NCBI GenBank assembly: GCA_035084275.1 | Contig: CM068757.1 | Coordinates: forward strand, 5,208,001 to 5,272,000 | Direction: 5' to 3' | Origin: Hydrolagus colliei | Lineage: Eukaryota | Length of the DNA: 64,000 bases | Part shown: in pieces, positions 51,321-64,000 of the stretch | How positions within the stretch are numbered: the first letter of the stretch is position 1 | Layout: every line of letters starts with the position of its first letter | The notes under the pieces: model-generated | Databases searched by the model: none | What the model saw: only the letters and a program-made list of their open reading frames with translations | Told to the model about the DNA's origin: nothing | Made by a program: the position numbers and the translations under genes

Positions 51321-53847
51321 CAGATTGGCCCTCAATTACACTTTGGTCCTTGATTTCAGATTGTGTCTCTCACATTAACAGAACCAGATCTATGAAGTGG
51401 ACTTTTTTCATTCATCTAAAAAGTATGACATGAAGTTCAGATTATTTTCCATCTGCACATTTATTTTTCGTGCTAAACTTCATGGGGATCTTATGTTTGT
51501 TAATGATTTTGTCTTGCTTCTGGGTCTGATGAAATGAAAATCTGAAGTCTGTACCAGTATGGGATCCAGTCTCTGTCCTTTCCGATTGGGTGCGAGAACC
51601 ACAATAACAACCCTGATAATCTCTCAGACAGAGGCTTTAAAGATTAACTGATGTTAAAATTGCAAGTATTGCCCAGCGGCCTGTGGGAGGTAGTTATCTT
51701 GAGATTTTGAGGTTAAGATACATCTTTGGGATATAAGAGAGCGAGGTTCCTCAGAACTGTATTCAGTTGCATTATACTACATCTGGCCTTGTGCTTGAGC
51801 CAAGACAATGAACAAAATATCCCAGCATTGACAATCTCTTACCTTTATGCAGAGAAAACCATTCACCGAAGGTTATAAATCAAGAGGATTGGAAAGCAAT
51901 ATTTCAGGAGCCGTCATACTTGGAAGGTTAACCGAAACATTGGAAGGGAATCAAATGGGAAATTCGCACTGGGAGCAGTGATGCTTAATGGGTGAGGTAA
52001 GTGAGGTACTGCCTCAACTAGGAGCGTGGAAGCAAGGCCAGCAGGAGCCAGGCCAAGGCATTGTGCACGTACAAAGGGTCTAACCAAGGTAGCCAGTCTG
52101 GTCCAACTGAGGCAAACCACTGAACACATACACGTCACACGTTGCCTATCGTTTCAATCGCTCCGACACAGTTTGGTTGAGTTGAATCCTCAATATCTCT
52201 GAAGTTTCCCAACATTTCTGAATGCTGGGAGAGAAGCGAGCTCTTCCTTCAGTGGGGGGCCAGTGGGTTACACAGAAATTACCACTTCCCACTTGAATCA
52301 CACCTCTGCTGACTCACGATAGCGTGCCACTGACAGCAGTTGTTGCAAATGCCATGGTATTTCTATCCACGTAAATGTCATCCTTACTTCCTGGCTGGAG
52401 GAGATGTGCGAAGGAGGAAGCCACTGAATGGGTAGGGTTGGGGGGGCGGGAGGGGATGGTAATGGGAAGATCAGTGAAGAGATAAACAGAGTTCGAAAAG
52501 GAGAAACAAAAATAAACAGTTGCTGTTAACCTGCAAGATAAATATTGGTGGGAGTTACTTCACAGACTTTTTTGGAAAATGTCGCCCACACATTTACAGC
52601 TGCGAAGGTTCAGCCATGCAGGTCTGTGACATTGACTGCAAGCTACAGTTGGAGGTAACCACTTCCTGCAAGCATGAGAACATTTTATACGCGGCTACAT
52701 ATTTCTTATAAATCATTTAAAACAAAATTCTACGTACATGACTGATCTTGTCAAATTGAGTCCGCAGCAAGATATTTTTTTCCTCTCTCTCTCTGCCCAC
52801 GAGTTAATTTGTAGTTGATCTGGATGCAGGCAGTTCGGTCAGCACTTCAAACTTTGAGCTTGCGGGCATTCATTCTTCCTGACCTTGATGTGTGCTTACG
52901 ACATCATTAACTTTCCAAAAGATAAACATTCAGGTTTATTATTGTTTATAATGATCCTGCCTCCATTTTTGCTTCCTTTCCTTTTATCCTTCGTTCTCCC
53001 CTCTTCTTACATGCCACCGTTCAGCTGCATAACCATTAACTTTGAGAGAGGAGACAGACCGTCCCCTGTCAGTGTCAGCCCATCCTGAATTAATTGGAAG
53101 ACTATAACTTGGTTTGACTTGTGTTTCTGGAGAAGCACAGAATTAACTCCCCCCCCAACCCACCCCAACTCATATTGAGAACTCGCCATGTGAAAGTTCA
53201 CAGTAAGAATTCTGTGAGACATTAACACATTAACATCATATCCACATGGTCTACTCCAAGGGAAATGAGGCTTGATCTGCCTTGGTCTTTGCCTTTGCCG
53301 CTTTTTCCATTCCCACTTTCCAGCAGATGCCCTTTTGAATAAGAGAATGTTATTTTGAAAGTGTAGCGTTTCCGCATGTCTCAGCAGTGCCTTCGTCTGC
53401 TCCTCATTTGTTAGGAAGGAGCGAGGCAACGATTTGTAAGCTGTCTGGGGAGCATTTGAGGAATGGCATTGATTTTGTCGCTGTTGATGCACATCACGTA
53501 GCGCAGGAGTAAGTTTTGACGATTTTCTGAGGCTGGAGAGGAGGAGAAAGAAATGCCCCATTTGTCAATCCTGATTCCAATAAGCCTATAATGGGAAAAT
53601 GTAAGATGCTTTTAGCATGCCAGAGTTGAACTTCAAGCAAAAGAATTTGCCTTTCTACGGAAACAATTCCCCGAAGGCCTAAATTTGACTAGTTTAAGTG
53701 CAATCCAATTTCACCGAGTTTTAAAATGGATTTGTTGTATTTCTGAAGTGCCCATTCAACACCAGCTGTGTTCTGGGGCTGTGTTTGGACTTGCGTAATT
53801 GTTTTTGTTTTACTCAATACCTATGATGATTTTAGTTTTACATACAA

Positions 53848-54050
53848 GAATAACAACAAAATGACACTTGTATAGGCGCCTTTCACGTCAGGAGGACGTT
53901 CTAAGGTGCTGGGCAGTCATTGTTTCAGACCTGAGCTAGGTTTGGGGACGGGGAGGGTGGTGGGAAGTGGGGGGATTTGAGGTGACCGATAGGACCATCA
54001 AAGAGGAGGGTCTTGAGGCAGGACTTGAAGGAGGCCGGGGAGGGGGCGAA
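53848..54050 (-). mobile_element. L2 3' end
   Basis: Tail cctttcacgtcaggaggacg, G-rich UTR, and gggtcttgaggcaggacttgaaggagg (FKSCLKTL on the minus strand). Confidence 0.85.
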
Positions 54051-54146
54051 TGTGTGTTTCGCCCACAAATATTGTCAATTCACTTTACAGTATAGTCTAG
54101 AAGATGTGAAAAGCACTATAACAAATGCAACGATTATTATTATTAA
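54051..54146 (+). mobile_element. SINE tail fragment abutting the L2
   Basis: gtttcgcccacaaat...aattcactttacagtata...gtgaaaagcactataacaaatgcaacgattattatt. Confidence 0.85.
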
Positions 54147-54891
54147 TGTGTCTGTACTGTTGCTTCATACAAAGCTAAAATTTTAATATCTTGAACCTAA
54201 AATGCGTGTAAAGACAGAAAGTCTTCTCTTAAATCATACTCAATAGAGAATGTGAATCTGTTTATAGCTTTCCAAAGAGAAAGGATAATGTATAATAGTA
54301 TCTCAGTCTGTCTTAGGTTAATAAAAAAACACAGTTATTTTTAAACCTTGATTTTTACTGACTATTTTCTTTCTCTTTTGTTCTGGAACACAATATTCCC
54401 AGCATTTACAATTGTATCAATCCTTACTCGCTGTTGGGATAGATACCTTAAAACTGAGCTTGCCATTCAGTATAGCATTCCCTTGTTTATAAATAGAACA
54501 AATTCTATTAGTGTATCAATGCAGAAGGGATATTAATATATTTCATGCTTTTATGTAAGACAGGTTTCACCCACTTCAGAAAATTATGTCCACAGTCCCT
54601 GGCAGAGATTTAAGTTTTAAAAATGACGTCTTAATCAGTTTTCTTGGAATTTACTTAAGAATATTGGAGAGGAAAGAACAGCAGAAAACTCCAGTAAATT
54701 GTCATCTTCCAAGTCACCACAAACGGTTTACATTGCAATGATTGACAGGATGGCATTCCCATTTTCTTAAGCAAACTGGAGTCACAGGACTTCTGTAGCG
54801 AGGGAGAAAATATAACTATTTCTCATCTGTTGAGGCTTGATGATTTTGTTCTCTTTCTGCAATTTAAGTTTAAATCTCTAAGTTTCAGACT

Positions 54892-54931
54892 CTTATCTCC
54901 CACTCAAAACATATTTTGAGTGGGAGATAAG
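54892..54931. repeat. Perfect inverted repeat, 18-bp stem with 4-nt loop
   Basis: cttatctcccactcaaaa-cata-ttttgagtgggagataag. Confidence 0.97.
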
Positions 54932-55129
54932 CGCTTTATAAGTTTAAGTTGTTGTTCTTGTTGTTATTTGAGTAATTTGTAACATTCATTCAGGGTTCAC
55001 TTTTCGGAAAATTAGTCACCGTTGGATGTCGCAAGATTAATTCAGTAGCTTCTACCCCCCATGCAACATCTTGTGTAAAATAAATGTATAGGACTTATTT
55101 ATTTTAAATTGTTGCAAACACTTTATTAA

Positions 55130-55222
55130 ATAATAATAATAATTCTTGCATTGGATATCGCACCTTATCACATCATTGAGACGGCTCAAAACACTTCACA
55201 GAATGTATTACAAAATGAATTA
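55130..55222 (-). mobile_element. SINE tail fragment
   Basis: (taa)n ttcttgcattggatatcgcacc...ctcaaaacacttcacagaat. Confidence 0.75.
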
Positions 55223-58190
55223 ATGGCATAACATTTCAGAATCTGACTACTGATCGGTGCTGGTCAGCAAAGCTCTGCACATCCTTTCTGTACAAAGCTC
55301 TCTCTGGCCAATGATTTTGAAGCGGAATATACAAATCATGCATTCCCATTCAAATGCTTTATTGCTAGAGGTGCTAAATTAGACGTTAATAATTGGCTGC
55401 TGTGTGAGTCTTAGAACAAACTCTGTGAAGTTACTGAGCTCTGCAGAATTAATATCAGGCAGAGGTGGTCATTAACTTTGGTTGATTCAGGAATCATGTT
55501 CTTTCAACTGTGCTAATTCAGCTCCTTTGCACAGTCAGGTTCACTAACTCTTCCAAACCAATTTTCTCAATAATGCCATTAGCACCAACCATTTGGATGA
55601 AAACTACAACAGAAATAGAATTATTAAGATTAGTGTTTACTTGCCACAGCATAAGAACAATCACTGAAATGTACCTTATGAAATTCAATGAGAAGCTGAG
55701 CTTCCTTAGATAAATAAAGTATCTCTTGTGGAGTACTGTGTAGGAATTATTCCGCGTACCAATAACATGATCCTAAATAATTTGCACTGAAGACCTGCGA
55801 TTTATAGTTGCCTCACATTTAATAATTTGTCAATTATTACAGGTCAGTACTACTGTATCTTCCCAATCTGAAAGATTTACCAACCCTAATGGAAAGATGC
55901 ATTTTATTTGTAATGACACTATGCTCACCTACACTTTACTGTAAATTATTTTAATGTAAAGTACTTGGAGATGTCCTGCCACTGTGAAAGGCACTCTATC
56001 AAATGCACGGATGATCGCCCACAAAATGCACAGTCAAAATCTTCCACAACGTTTCCCCAATAAGCTCTGCAAAGCTTGACTTACATTCTCTGACTAATGA
56101 TTGTTGTTGATATGCTTCATAATGCCAGTACTGTTTATGCACTTTTCTATTAATGGATTTCAATACTGTGTTTGTGCCGTGCTGTATTTTGTCCAAAGCA
56201 AAACTGGCAGGAGTGTGGGAAAGCTCCTTATCAGATAATAGTGCGAGATTCCCAACTCAGCTTCTGCTTTCCAACCTTCAGAGTTCTTTCACGTGCTATT
56301 GCTCTCCTCGCCAGTTATTCAACACTAGCTTTTTCCTTGAGCGATTTTCTCACATTATTCAGTTTATTTTCGCCCCCGTGTCTTGTTTGTGAAACTTGCA
56401 TACTTTGGAAACACTTGCCATGTTTTCATTGTAACTTCTAGTTGGTGACTTGAAGGACCTAATGCTATATTTACTGCCTGTTCAGATGCTTGACCACTGT
56501 GTTGGGACATCCTCTTGACGTGAAAGGCACTAAACTTGTGTAATTTGTTCTTGCTGCTAGTGTTCTGTATGTTGGGTGTTTTGAACTGGTGGTAACAGTA
56601 AGTGGAGGTGAAGTAGAATAGAATATGCAGTTAACCTCTGCCCATTGAGTCTGTAGACTTCCTGCCCCATAACTCTGAAGTTTATTAGTCACAAAATTAG
56701 CATGGTGATTTTTAATGCTTTGAACATCTCATTAGAAGTTCTCTGCAAGCCTTGGGCAAAGGCCAAAGTTGCCTTTAGTCTGAAATCAGTGGAGAGTGTC
56801 ATATGTGTTTACTTGCTCTAAGAAGCAGTAGGCTTTGGTGGATGTTTTCTGTGTCTGAGTTTATCCATCCACATGCCTCTGAATGACCTAATTGACTGAC
56901 ACAAACAGTGCCAAGAAGGTCTTGCCTTCCCTTTGTTGCCTAGACTCTCTGCACTATAAACATCCAATTTGAGATGAGGGCCTCTTGGCCTTGCATCAAC
57001 GTAGGTCAAATAATGTACAATGTGTTTACTGTGTTTACCATTAACTAAAAGGTGATCTTTACATAAAATTATGATTAAGTTATGATTAACTTCCTAATTC
57101 AATTCAATTTAGTGGAGACTCTAGTTCTGCAGCACTCTCCACCTGTTTTTTATGAGACAAACCAAGAGTGCACTTAGCAAAGGAAGTGAGTAAAGTTCAG
57201 TGAAGCTCGTGGAAACTAGTTGGCAATTTGATAATCAAAATACAGTAGCTAGTTCACTGCTTGCAGTGAATGTTCAATGAAAGGCCAGAGATTACTTGTA
57301 TTTCATCTGTGTTCAATAGAGAACAAAATGTTAAATGCCACCAAAGGCAAGCTGTGGGGCAGGCTTGTAGCCCAGCTTCTTTTTCATGTCTGTATATTTG
57401 ATTGTTTTATCTGCTAGAAACACGCTGCCAGTGGAACCACTTTTAATAAATTAAAGGAGGGCAAACACCAAAAAGTGAGTTATTTGGCAGCCGAGCGAAA
57501 ACTACACCACAGGGAAGAGTGGCTCCGAGTACAAATACATAAGATGCACATTTGGCTGGAGGTTAGAGCATTTCTCAGGCAAGATGATCAATTTCAGTAA
57601 AGGGCACGGTTAATCTGGCTCATTGAAAGGAGTCATCAGTGTAAACGCAATCCCTTGATGTATATTTATTTTGACACTTCAGAAAGGTTGTACAAGCATT
57701 TTGCAGGCTCTGATGAAATTGTTTTGCTGATGGAGTTAGTATCCTAGGTTCTCTCCTCTGAAGTACGGAAATACCCATTTGTTTTGCAACTGATTTTCCA
57801 ACATCTGTATTTATTTATCAATATCTATCTAGTAGATGCCTTTTTTGTTCAAGTTGATTCGACGAAAATGACGTTGTCCCACCCCAAAACCTTTGTAAAT
57901 CCTGATGTACACTTCCAGGTTTCAACCAATACCATTTTTTACACAGATGCTCAATAGTTATGTGAGTCTCTCTGATTTTTGGAAGCTCCTCTCCGGAGCT
58001 GTACCGGAAAAGCTTTGCGGATTAAAACACATCTTGTGGCTTGCAGGTAAATGTATGAGCTAATCCGTCTCCCAGCAATGTAACTAAAAATAACATCATA
58101 TTTAAATGTTATGGTGGATTAAATAGAGGCAGATGTATGCGGTGAGTATATATATATAATATATATATATATCTGTGTATGTATTTCTGT

Positions 58191-58576
58191 AAACAACAAC
58201 CACAACAAAATCGCGTTTGTATAGCGCCTTTCATGTCAGGAGGACGTCCCAAGGTGCTGTAAAATGCAGTGACTGTATATTTGTAGGCAAATACAACACC
58301 TATTTGCAATGGCCCACAAAATGCCAGAACCTAAAGGATTACTTTTACCTGAAGGACATCGGGAGAAACTCCCGTGGCTTTTTGTGCCATGGGATCTTCA
58401 ATGTACTCCTGCACAGAGCAGGTTTTAAAATCTCATTCAAAAGTTGGCACCTCCGACTATGCTTGGTTCCCCTTACACAGTATAGGAATGTCAACTTAGG
58501 CTATGTGTTTGAAGACCAGATACAAGCGTTAAGCTCCAAACCTTCTGACTCAGCACCAAGCAAGTCCAGCTGACAT
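58191..58576 (-). mobile_element. DeuSINE body ending in a better-preserved L2-type tail
   Basis: 58191-58260 matches the L2 terminus. 58265-58576 has Deu motifs (gtgccatgggatcttcaatgtac, tctcattcaaaagttggcacctccgac) and head remnant aaccttctgactcag. Confidence 0.75.
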
Positions 58577-58605
58577 CTGGCAAGGTAACCTGGTCCAATT
58601 ATTCT

Positions 58606-58810
58606 TTATCCTTCTGTGCCAAAGAAACTCTTTCTGGTGCCTGTCCTAAAATTGCCTCTCACAACCTTGAACCTATACCCTCTTGTCTGGCTGCGATGGC
58701 ATGTCTCACAGTATTGTTCTGGGTTTACTTTCTCTATCCCATTTTCAATTTTATAATCCTCTCTTAGATCCCTTGTGATGCATCGTGTTTCAAATCTGAA
58801 GCGCACCAGT
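58606..58810 (-). mobile_element. CR1 ORF2 C-terminal fragment
   Basis: FETRCITRDLREDYKIENGIEKVNPEQY...TRGYRFKVVRGNFRTGTRKSFF matches CR1 LE.RRLRGDL.E.YKI..G.DKV...TRGH..K....F...RK.FF. Confidence 0.85.
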
Positions 58811-59081
58811 TTAACCTGGGCAATGCATCCATTTTAAGAGTACTCACTTTTCCCCGGAGGAAAAAATACAGGATTTTCCACTGATCTGAGTCCTTCCAAA
58901 TGTCAATCAGTTGCTAGCTTACATTAGTGTCCATTCCTTGCTGAAGGTTACGGACCACAAGAGTAGTCAAGTACATCATTCTCTTGGGAACTTGCAACAT
59001 ATTTTAGTCCTCTGTATCCATCGGGTGACAGCTATTATTTAAGAAGGCAGCTCCGAGTTTTGCCCAGTTCAGTTTGCCATC

Positions 59082-59087
<6 letters not shown>

Positions 59088-59117
<30 letters not shown>
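59088..59117. repeat. (GA)n microsatellite
   Basis: Read directly. Other simple repeats: (CA)n ~17959-17975, (CT)n ~28111-28142 and ~34895-34922, (TA)n ~58147-58172. Confidence 0.95.
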
Positions 59118-59121
<4 letters not shown>

Positions 59122-59829
59122 TTTATTTTGCTAGTCAGGTCAGAAACCAAATCTTTCTTGCATATGAACCACACAATCCCATTGAGGGCTTTCTTAATCA
59201 CCAACAAGGTGGAACAATTAGCAGTGAACAAAATTCACAGGCAATTGAATTAGTGGCGCTCATGAAAATGAGTTCATATTTCCTAAACATGTTCCCAGAG
59301 TATTGTATAAGCAAAAATTAATGGTCTGTTTCATTTTCACTTTTTGTCCATGTAATTTTTTCCGCTAATCTAATTGACAGTGGGTTTCATTCATTGTTTC
59401 ATTTCATTCAATGTCTCTTACTCTATTTATCAATGAACAACTTCAAGCATTCCCACAACATGCTGTACTCATGGGGAAAATACTCAAAGGGAGAGAGCAT
59501 TTCCGAGACTGATGTATGTGCCTGTCCTTCATTAAACCAACCTGGTTACTGTCTATTTGTGGTGGAACCAACCCTATCCAAGACACCAACATTAGGGATG
59601 GAACATTGCAATGAGCATTCAGCTCAAAGATGTACTTCCCCAGGGCAATCATCATATTAAATAGTGTACACCCAAGTTCTGATTTCCGCTTGACTGACAT
59701 TCCAGCTTGGATTCCCTTTTCTGTTTGCTTACATGCTTACACTCCCAGCAGCAAAGTGGAAGAAATAGTCACATTAGTAAATGGAATCATCCAGTAGGAT
59801 GTGTTATACTGCACAGACATTTGCTTTTG

Positions 59830-60016
59830 NNNNNNNNNNNNNNNNNNNNNNNNNNNNNNNNNNNNNNNNNNNNNNNNNNNNNNNNNNNNNNNNNNNNNNN
59901 NNNNNNNNNNNNNNNNNNNNNNNNNNNNNNNNNNNNNNNNNNNNNNNNNNNNNNNNNNNNNNNNNNNNNNNNNNNNNNNNNNNNNNNNNNNNNNNNNNNN
60001 NNNNNNNNNNNNNNNN
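59830..60016. other. Assembly gap (187 N)
   Basis: Run of N. A SINE 3' half begins immediately after it. Confidence 1.
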
Positions 60017-60203
60017 AAAAGAAAAACTTGTCACTTCAACTCACAACTGTTTGTGGGACACTGCTGTGCACAATTTGTTGCCACATTTCACCCTCAAAGA
60101 ATCGTCAATTCACTTTACAGTATATTCTGTGAAGCGTTTTGAGACATCTCGAAGACGTGTAACGGCCCTATAGCAAATGTAAGGATAAGTATTATTATTA
60201 TTC
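60017..60203 (+). mobile_element. SINE 3' half (5' part probably in the gap)
   Basis: actgtttgtgggacactgctgtgcacaatttgttgcc...aattcactttacagtatattctgtgaagcg...aaatgtaagga. Confidence 0.88.
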
Positions 60204-60377
60204 ATTGTTGACAACTGTGGAGAAGATTTTACCCATGAGGACACCGTGAAAATATGAGGATGTAACAGTGGAATTGATCAGTTCAAAAGCTATGTTTCAG
60301 CTGTTTTGTTACTCGTAAAAATGGTTTGCTTGGTTCAATTTTGTGGATTTAAATGGTTTGTAGTGGTATATCATGTA

Positions 60378-60444
60378 TAGCGTCTTGGGATGTCTTCTTG
60401 ACGTGAAAAGCACGATACAAGTGTAATTTTGTTGTTGTTGTTGT
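60378..60444 (+). mobile_element. Short L2 tail
   Basis: agcgtcttgggatgtcttcttgacgtgaaaagcacgatacaagtgtaattttgttgttgttgttg. Confidence 0.85.
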
Positions 60445-61579
60445 ACAGGTAGAGGAATGAAAGTGCTTTTGCCTCTTTTTCTTATAGTGTTTTTTGCATA
60501 ATTGTGCTGTTTACTTTGCAGAATGCAGCATTTCATTGAACTTTTACTCATAAATAAATAAAAACTGATTCACTTTAGTAATTCATGAGCTAAACCTCAG
60601 TGTAAAACCATACAGTATAGTTACAGACCGAGGGTATCTACTGCCATACTATCCTGCCGTGAATAAAGCTCATATAATTATCTTAAATCATTTGGAAACT
60701 GAATTATTTTATGACAGGATGTTATGCTTGTGACTGATCAGTGTTCTGCGGCCCAAGCTTTTTCTTAGTTTTTGTTAATACCTTTTTTAAAAAAATAATT
60801 ATTACCTGTATGAAGAGCAATTTACAATACAATTGAGATAAGCTGAGTTTTGGCCACATTCAAAATTCTCTTCTTCCTTGATTCCCACACGAGTTGTCTT
60901 ATGGACTGTAAGGGAGATTGCAAGTGACAATTCAAGGGGTGCTCTATACGATGGACTCAGAGCTAATAACAATTGAATTAATGTCACTAGACATCAAGGA
61001 TTGTTGATTGGTATAATTGACCAGTTGCAACTGGATGGTTTGGATCCATAAACCAGTCCACCTCTGAGGCCAATCCTGACACCCTACATCTTGGTTGTAG
61101 ATCCCTGTGATCTACTGCTGTGTGAGATTTCAGCCTGACCCCTTTACTGGAGGCTACAGATTGTAGTAAACAATATATTTCACCAACACGGAAAATGATG
61201 CATTTTAATCCGGCTGCAGCAACTAAATGAGAAGTGAGTTGTGTGTCAATTCTCTTGTTTCCTTTGGGCCACCTCATGTTATATTGCTGTTGACTGGTAG
61301 TTGTGGCATTGGTTTCATGTTAACAGGCCTGTTCTGTCAGAAAAATCTAAAGCCGTGTACAGTTTGTTTAACATAGTATTACAGAGGATAGCTGAGTCCA
61401 ACCTTAAGGTTTACATGACCTGTGGGCACATCCACAGATGTCAAAGATCAGGCTGAGATCACTGTAATATTTGAGCAGACCGTCAGAGTTCTTTTTGTTT
61501 CCAGTATTCTGAGCAAAATTAGAGACTCGGCTAACTACAAATGTACAGCGCGAACAGTTCATTGGCTATCCTTGTGTAT

Positions 61580-61782
61580 AATACTAATCCTTGCGCTTGT
61601 TATGGCTCCTTTCGTGTCAGAAGAATGTGTCAAAGCCAACTTCACAAGATGTAGTGTGAAGTCTTGTGACTGTTTTGTAGGAGAGACTCAATGGCTAATC
61701 TGCGCACAACCACGTCCCACGAATAGTCATGAAGTGAATGAGCAATTTTATCTGGGTGATTATTGGCCAGGATACTGAAGAG
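61580..61782 (-). mobile_element. Decayed DeuSINE 3' half
   Basis: ggctaatctgcgcacaaccacgtcccacgaatag...caattttatctgggtgattattggccaggatactg closely parallels 5660-5760. Confidence 0.7.
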
Positions 61783-63627
61783 ACGGAACCGCAGACAACC
61801 CTGCACTTCGGCGGCACTGCGTTTTAGATTACCGCTAATCCTGATTTTTTGCTGCTAAAATCTAGTGGGGTGGAACATGCTGTTCTTCACAAAGCTGTGA
61901 TTGTCTTTGACCAGATGAGCATGCTGCCCTGTTTTGGTCAGCTACCAAGTCACAGGTGTAGGGGAAAAGGAATTGTGTGAACGCAAGTGTAGAAGCGTTT
62001 TGTCACACCATAAGGCGGACTGAGGGAGAATGGTTTTCACAGCAGCAGAAATGAGGAGTGCAGCTGGGTAACTGAACAGTATTTTATTCTTTCTTGACTT
62101 TGGTGTTTCTCTTTTCCCATCAGTTGACCCCGATTCTACAGTCTCCAGAGGTGAACCTGGTAAGCGATGCACATTTACTTAAAACTTTTTATGGACATGA
62201 TAACACAACATTGTGGTTTAACCATGATCTCCATATGTAGTCTTTGTGTGCTGGAATGTTATATGTTTTAATGATCCCACAGAAGCGTCCATCCTGAAAA
62301 CTTCACAGCCCTTCTCAGTGTGGTGTTTCTTAGACGTGTTTCCTCCCTTTAGTTAACTCTCGTCCTCAAAGGTCGGAGTCACTCTGGGTTAGTGCACGAG
62401 GGGGACTTGGCCCAGGAGGTCATACGTGTGAGCACAGACAGTGAGTTCACTGTGTGTGCAACTCTACGCAACCATTTCTCCTGCAGTGGTGCAAACCAAG
62501 GCACCGCTGGATCTGTTCAAACTCAAGTCCCTGAATTGTGTTGCTCTTTTCGAGATTTGTCTTTAGCAAACGGAAAGTGAAAAGGACAAGACAGTCAGAA
62601 ATTTGGCACCTCAGAGCAACCTTTGCAAATACAGCAGCAGGCCTCTGGTGAATTGACAGAGCCCATCGATGTCGACAGAAATTCCTAAACCTGGAGGAGG
62701 GCTGTGAAAGGACAAGGACTAGATATGTGCTGTTACTGGCAGGCGATCCAACACAAGCCCAAGTATCTTTATACAGTATACAAGTGAAAAGTCCTTACAA
62801 TTGACAATGAATTACCTGTGGAAAGAGCTTTGAGGCATTCGTTGTAAGTGCTATATCAAGGTCGGGGATTATTATGTTTTTTGTTCCCAGTGACCTGTCT
62901 ATTATTAGACAATGGAAGGCTGAATGGCACTGATAAATTAAGCTTTGAGTGAGGTGTGAAGATGTGGATAAACGATTTATTCCCTATGTGGTTAGCTGTG
63001 CAGAGTTGGTGCAGTGCTGGAGAGCAGGGCTGCACAGTGGTAGAGAATGACACTGATGAGAAACCATCAGTGGTTTGTAATGAAGTAAAAGTGCCTGCGT
63101 TACGACTGATGGTGCTGTCCATCATTCACTTTCCAATTTTACTGTGAGACTGTTCTGCAGATCGACTTACACAGTGATTTTAGGTAACTTTTAGTGATCG
63201 TGTAACAACTTGCATTATTCTGGAGGCTCTGCTTTAAAACCAATCACAGAATCTCGGGCATCTTGCTCGACACCCAATTTCTCTCTGCAGACCCATTACT
63301 CCGAATGATCACTTTGTTCTTAATATGATTTGTCCACTCGTGTGTTCTATGCGATTGGAAGCTACTGAAACTATAATTTCCACGGATTCCAATCTTCCTA
63401 TTGATATAATGACGAAATGGCTCAAAGGATTTATCAAGTGTGTGTGTATGTGAGTGAGTGTGTGTGGAGGAAATTTATAATCAGACATCTTGCTAAACAT
63501 CTCAAAACCGCTGGAGGTCGAGTGGTTTTGTAATACAGCTTGTCTGGTCTGCAATTTGCATGGATCTATCATTCTAAATTCCCACATTGACTCAGTGTGG
63601 CATCATTATAATACTATGATATTGCTA

Positions 63628-63830
63628 ACAATAATAATAACCCTTGCATTTGATGTACTGCCTTTCATGTCAGGAGGATATTCCCAAAGTGCTTCACAGG
63701 ATTTACTGTAAAGGGTAATAATAATAATAATGCTTGCATTTGATATAGCGCCTTATCATGTCTTCGAGACATCTCAAAGCACTTCACAGAATATACTGTA
63801 AAGTGTAGTGACTGTATATTTTGTGGGTGT
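63628..63830 (-). mobile_element. Two tandem SINE tails (~63628-63713 and ~63717-63830)
   Basis: Both read (taa)n..cttgcatttgat...caaagc/tacttcacag.at.tactgtaaag. A further + strand tail starts at ~63930 and runs off the window. Confidence 0.85.
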
Positions 63831-64000
63831 AGGGGCTTTGTAAATCCTGGTCAACAATTCCACAGATAAACCTGGTCGTTCATTTCATGGCTGATTGTAG
63901 GACATTTCTGAGCCACAAATTCACTGTTGTTTGTCTACCAATATATTGTTGTACCTTTCAGTAATTCCAGCGAAGCGATTTGAGACGCCTCAATGACGTG

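Noticed and set aside
53007-53561. Longest non-repeat ORF (184 aa, minus strand)
   Set aside because: No domain-like pattern or codon signal; this length is plausible by chance in 64 kb across six frames.
59707-60173. ORFs spanning the N run
   Set aside because: Artefacts of translating the assembly gap.
63108-63128. REST/RE1 half-site ggtgctgtcc
   Set aside because: The second half of the RE1 motif is absent.
1-64000. The short ORFs in the six-frame track as protein-coding genes
   Set aside because: Many start at alternative codons, none has a recognisable host-protein motif, and the DNA is eukaryotic. The only meaningful translations are LINE RT remnants.

Overview
Eukaryotic, AT-rich, non-coding vertebrate DNA (intronic or intergenic). 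The repeat complement points to a cartilaginous fish, most likely a holocephalan such as elephant shark; this is inferred from repeat families and not verified. It includes tRNA-headed SINEs with CORE-like and Deu-like domains, older DeuSINEs, L2 and CR1 LINE 3' ends, and a Penelope-type terminus. I recognise no host protein-coding exon: the ORF track is noise apart from decayed LINE reverse-transcriptase fragments. The window holds about 30 SINE copies or tails, about 15 L2 pieces, about 10 CR1 pieces, two MITE-like DNA elements, microsatellites and a 187-nt assembly gap. The best observations are: a MULE-like MITE with a 9-bp target-site duplication, 16-bp subterminal repeats and a telomere-like core; a degenerate hammerhead core in a Penelope-like end; an L2 nested in a DeuSINE; two SINE subfamilies differing by an ~62-bp internal segment; a perfect 18-bp foldback hairpin on a LINE tail; other unexplained hairpins; and two small candidate + strand exons. 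I did not find a convincing new biological system. All alignments and family comparisons were done by eye from memory of consensus sequences, so repeat boundaries are approximate.
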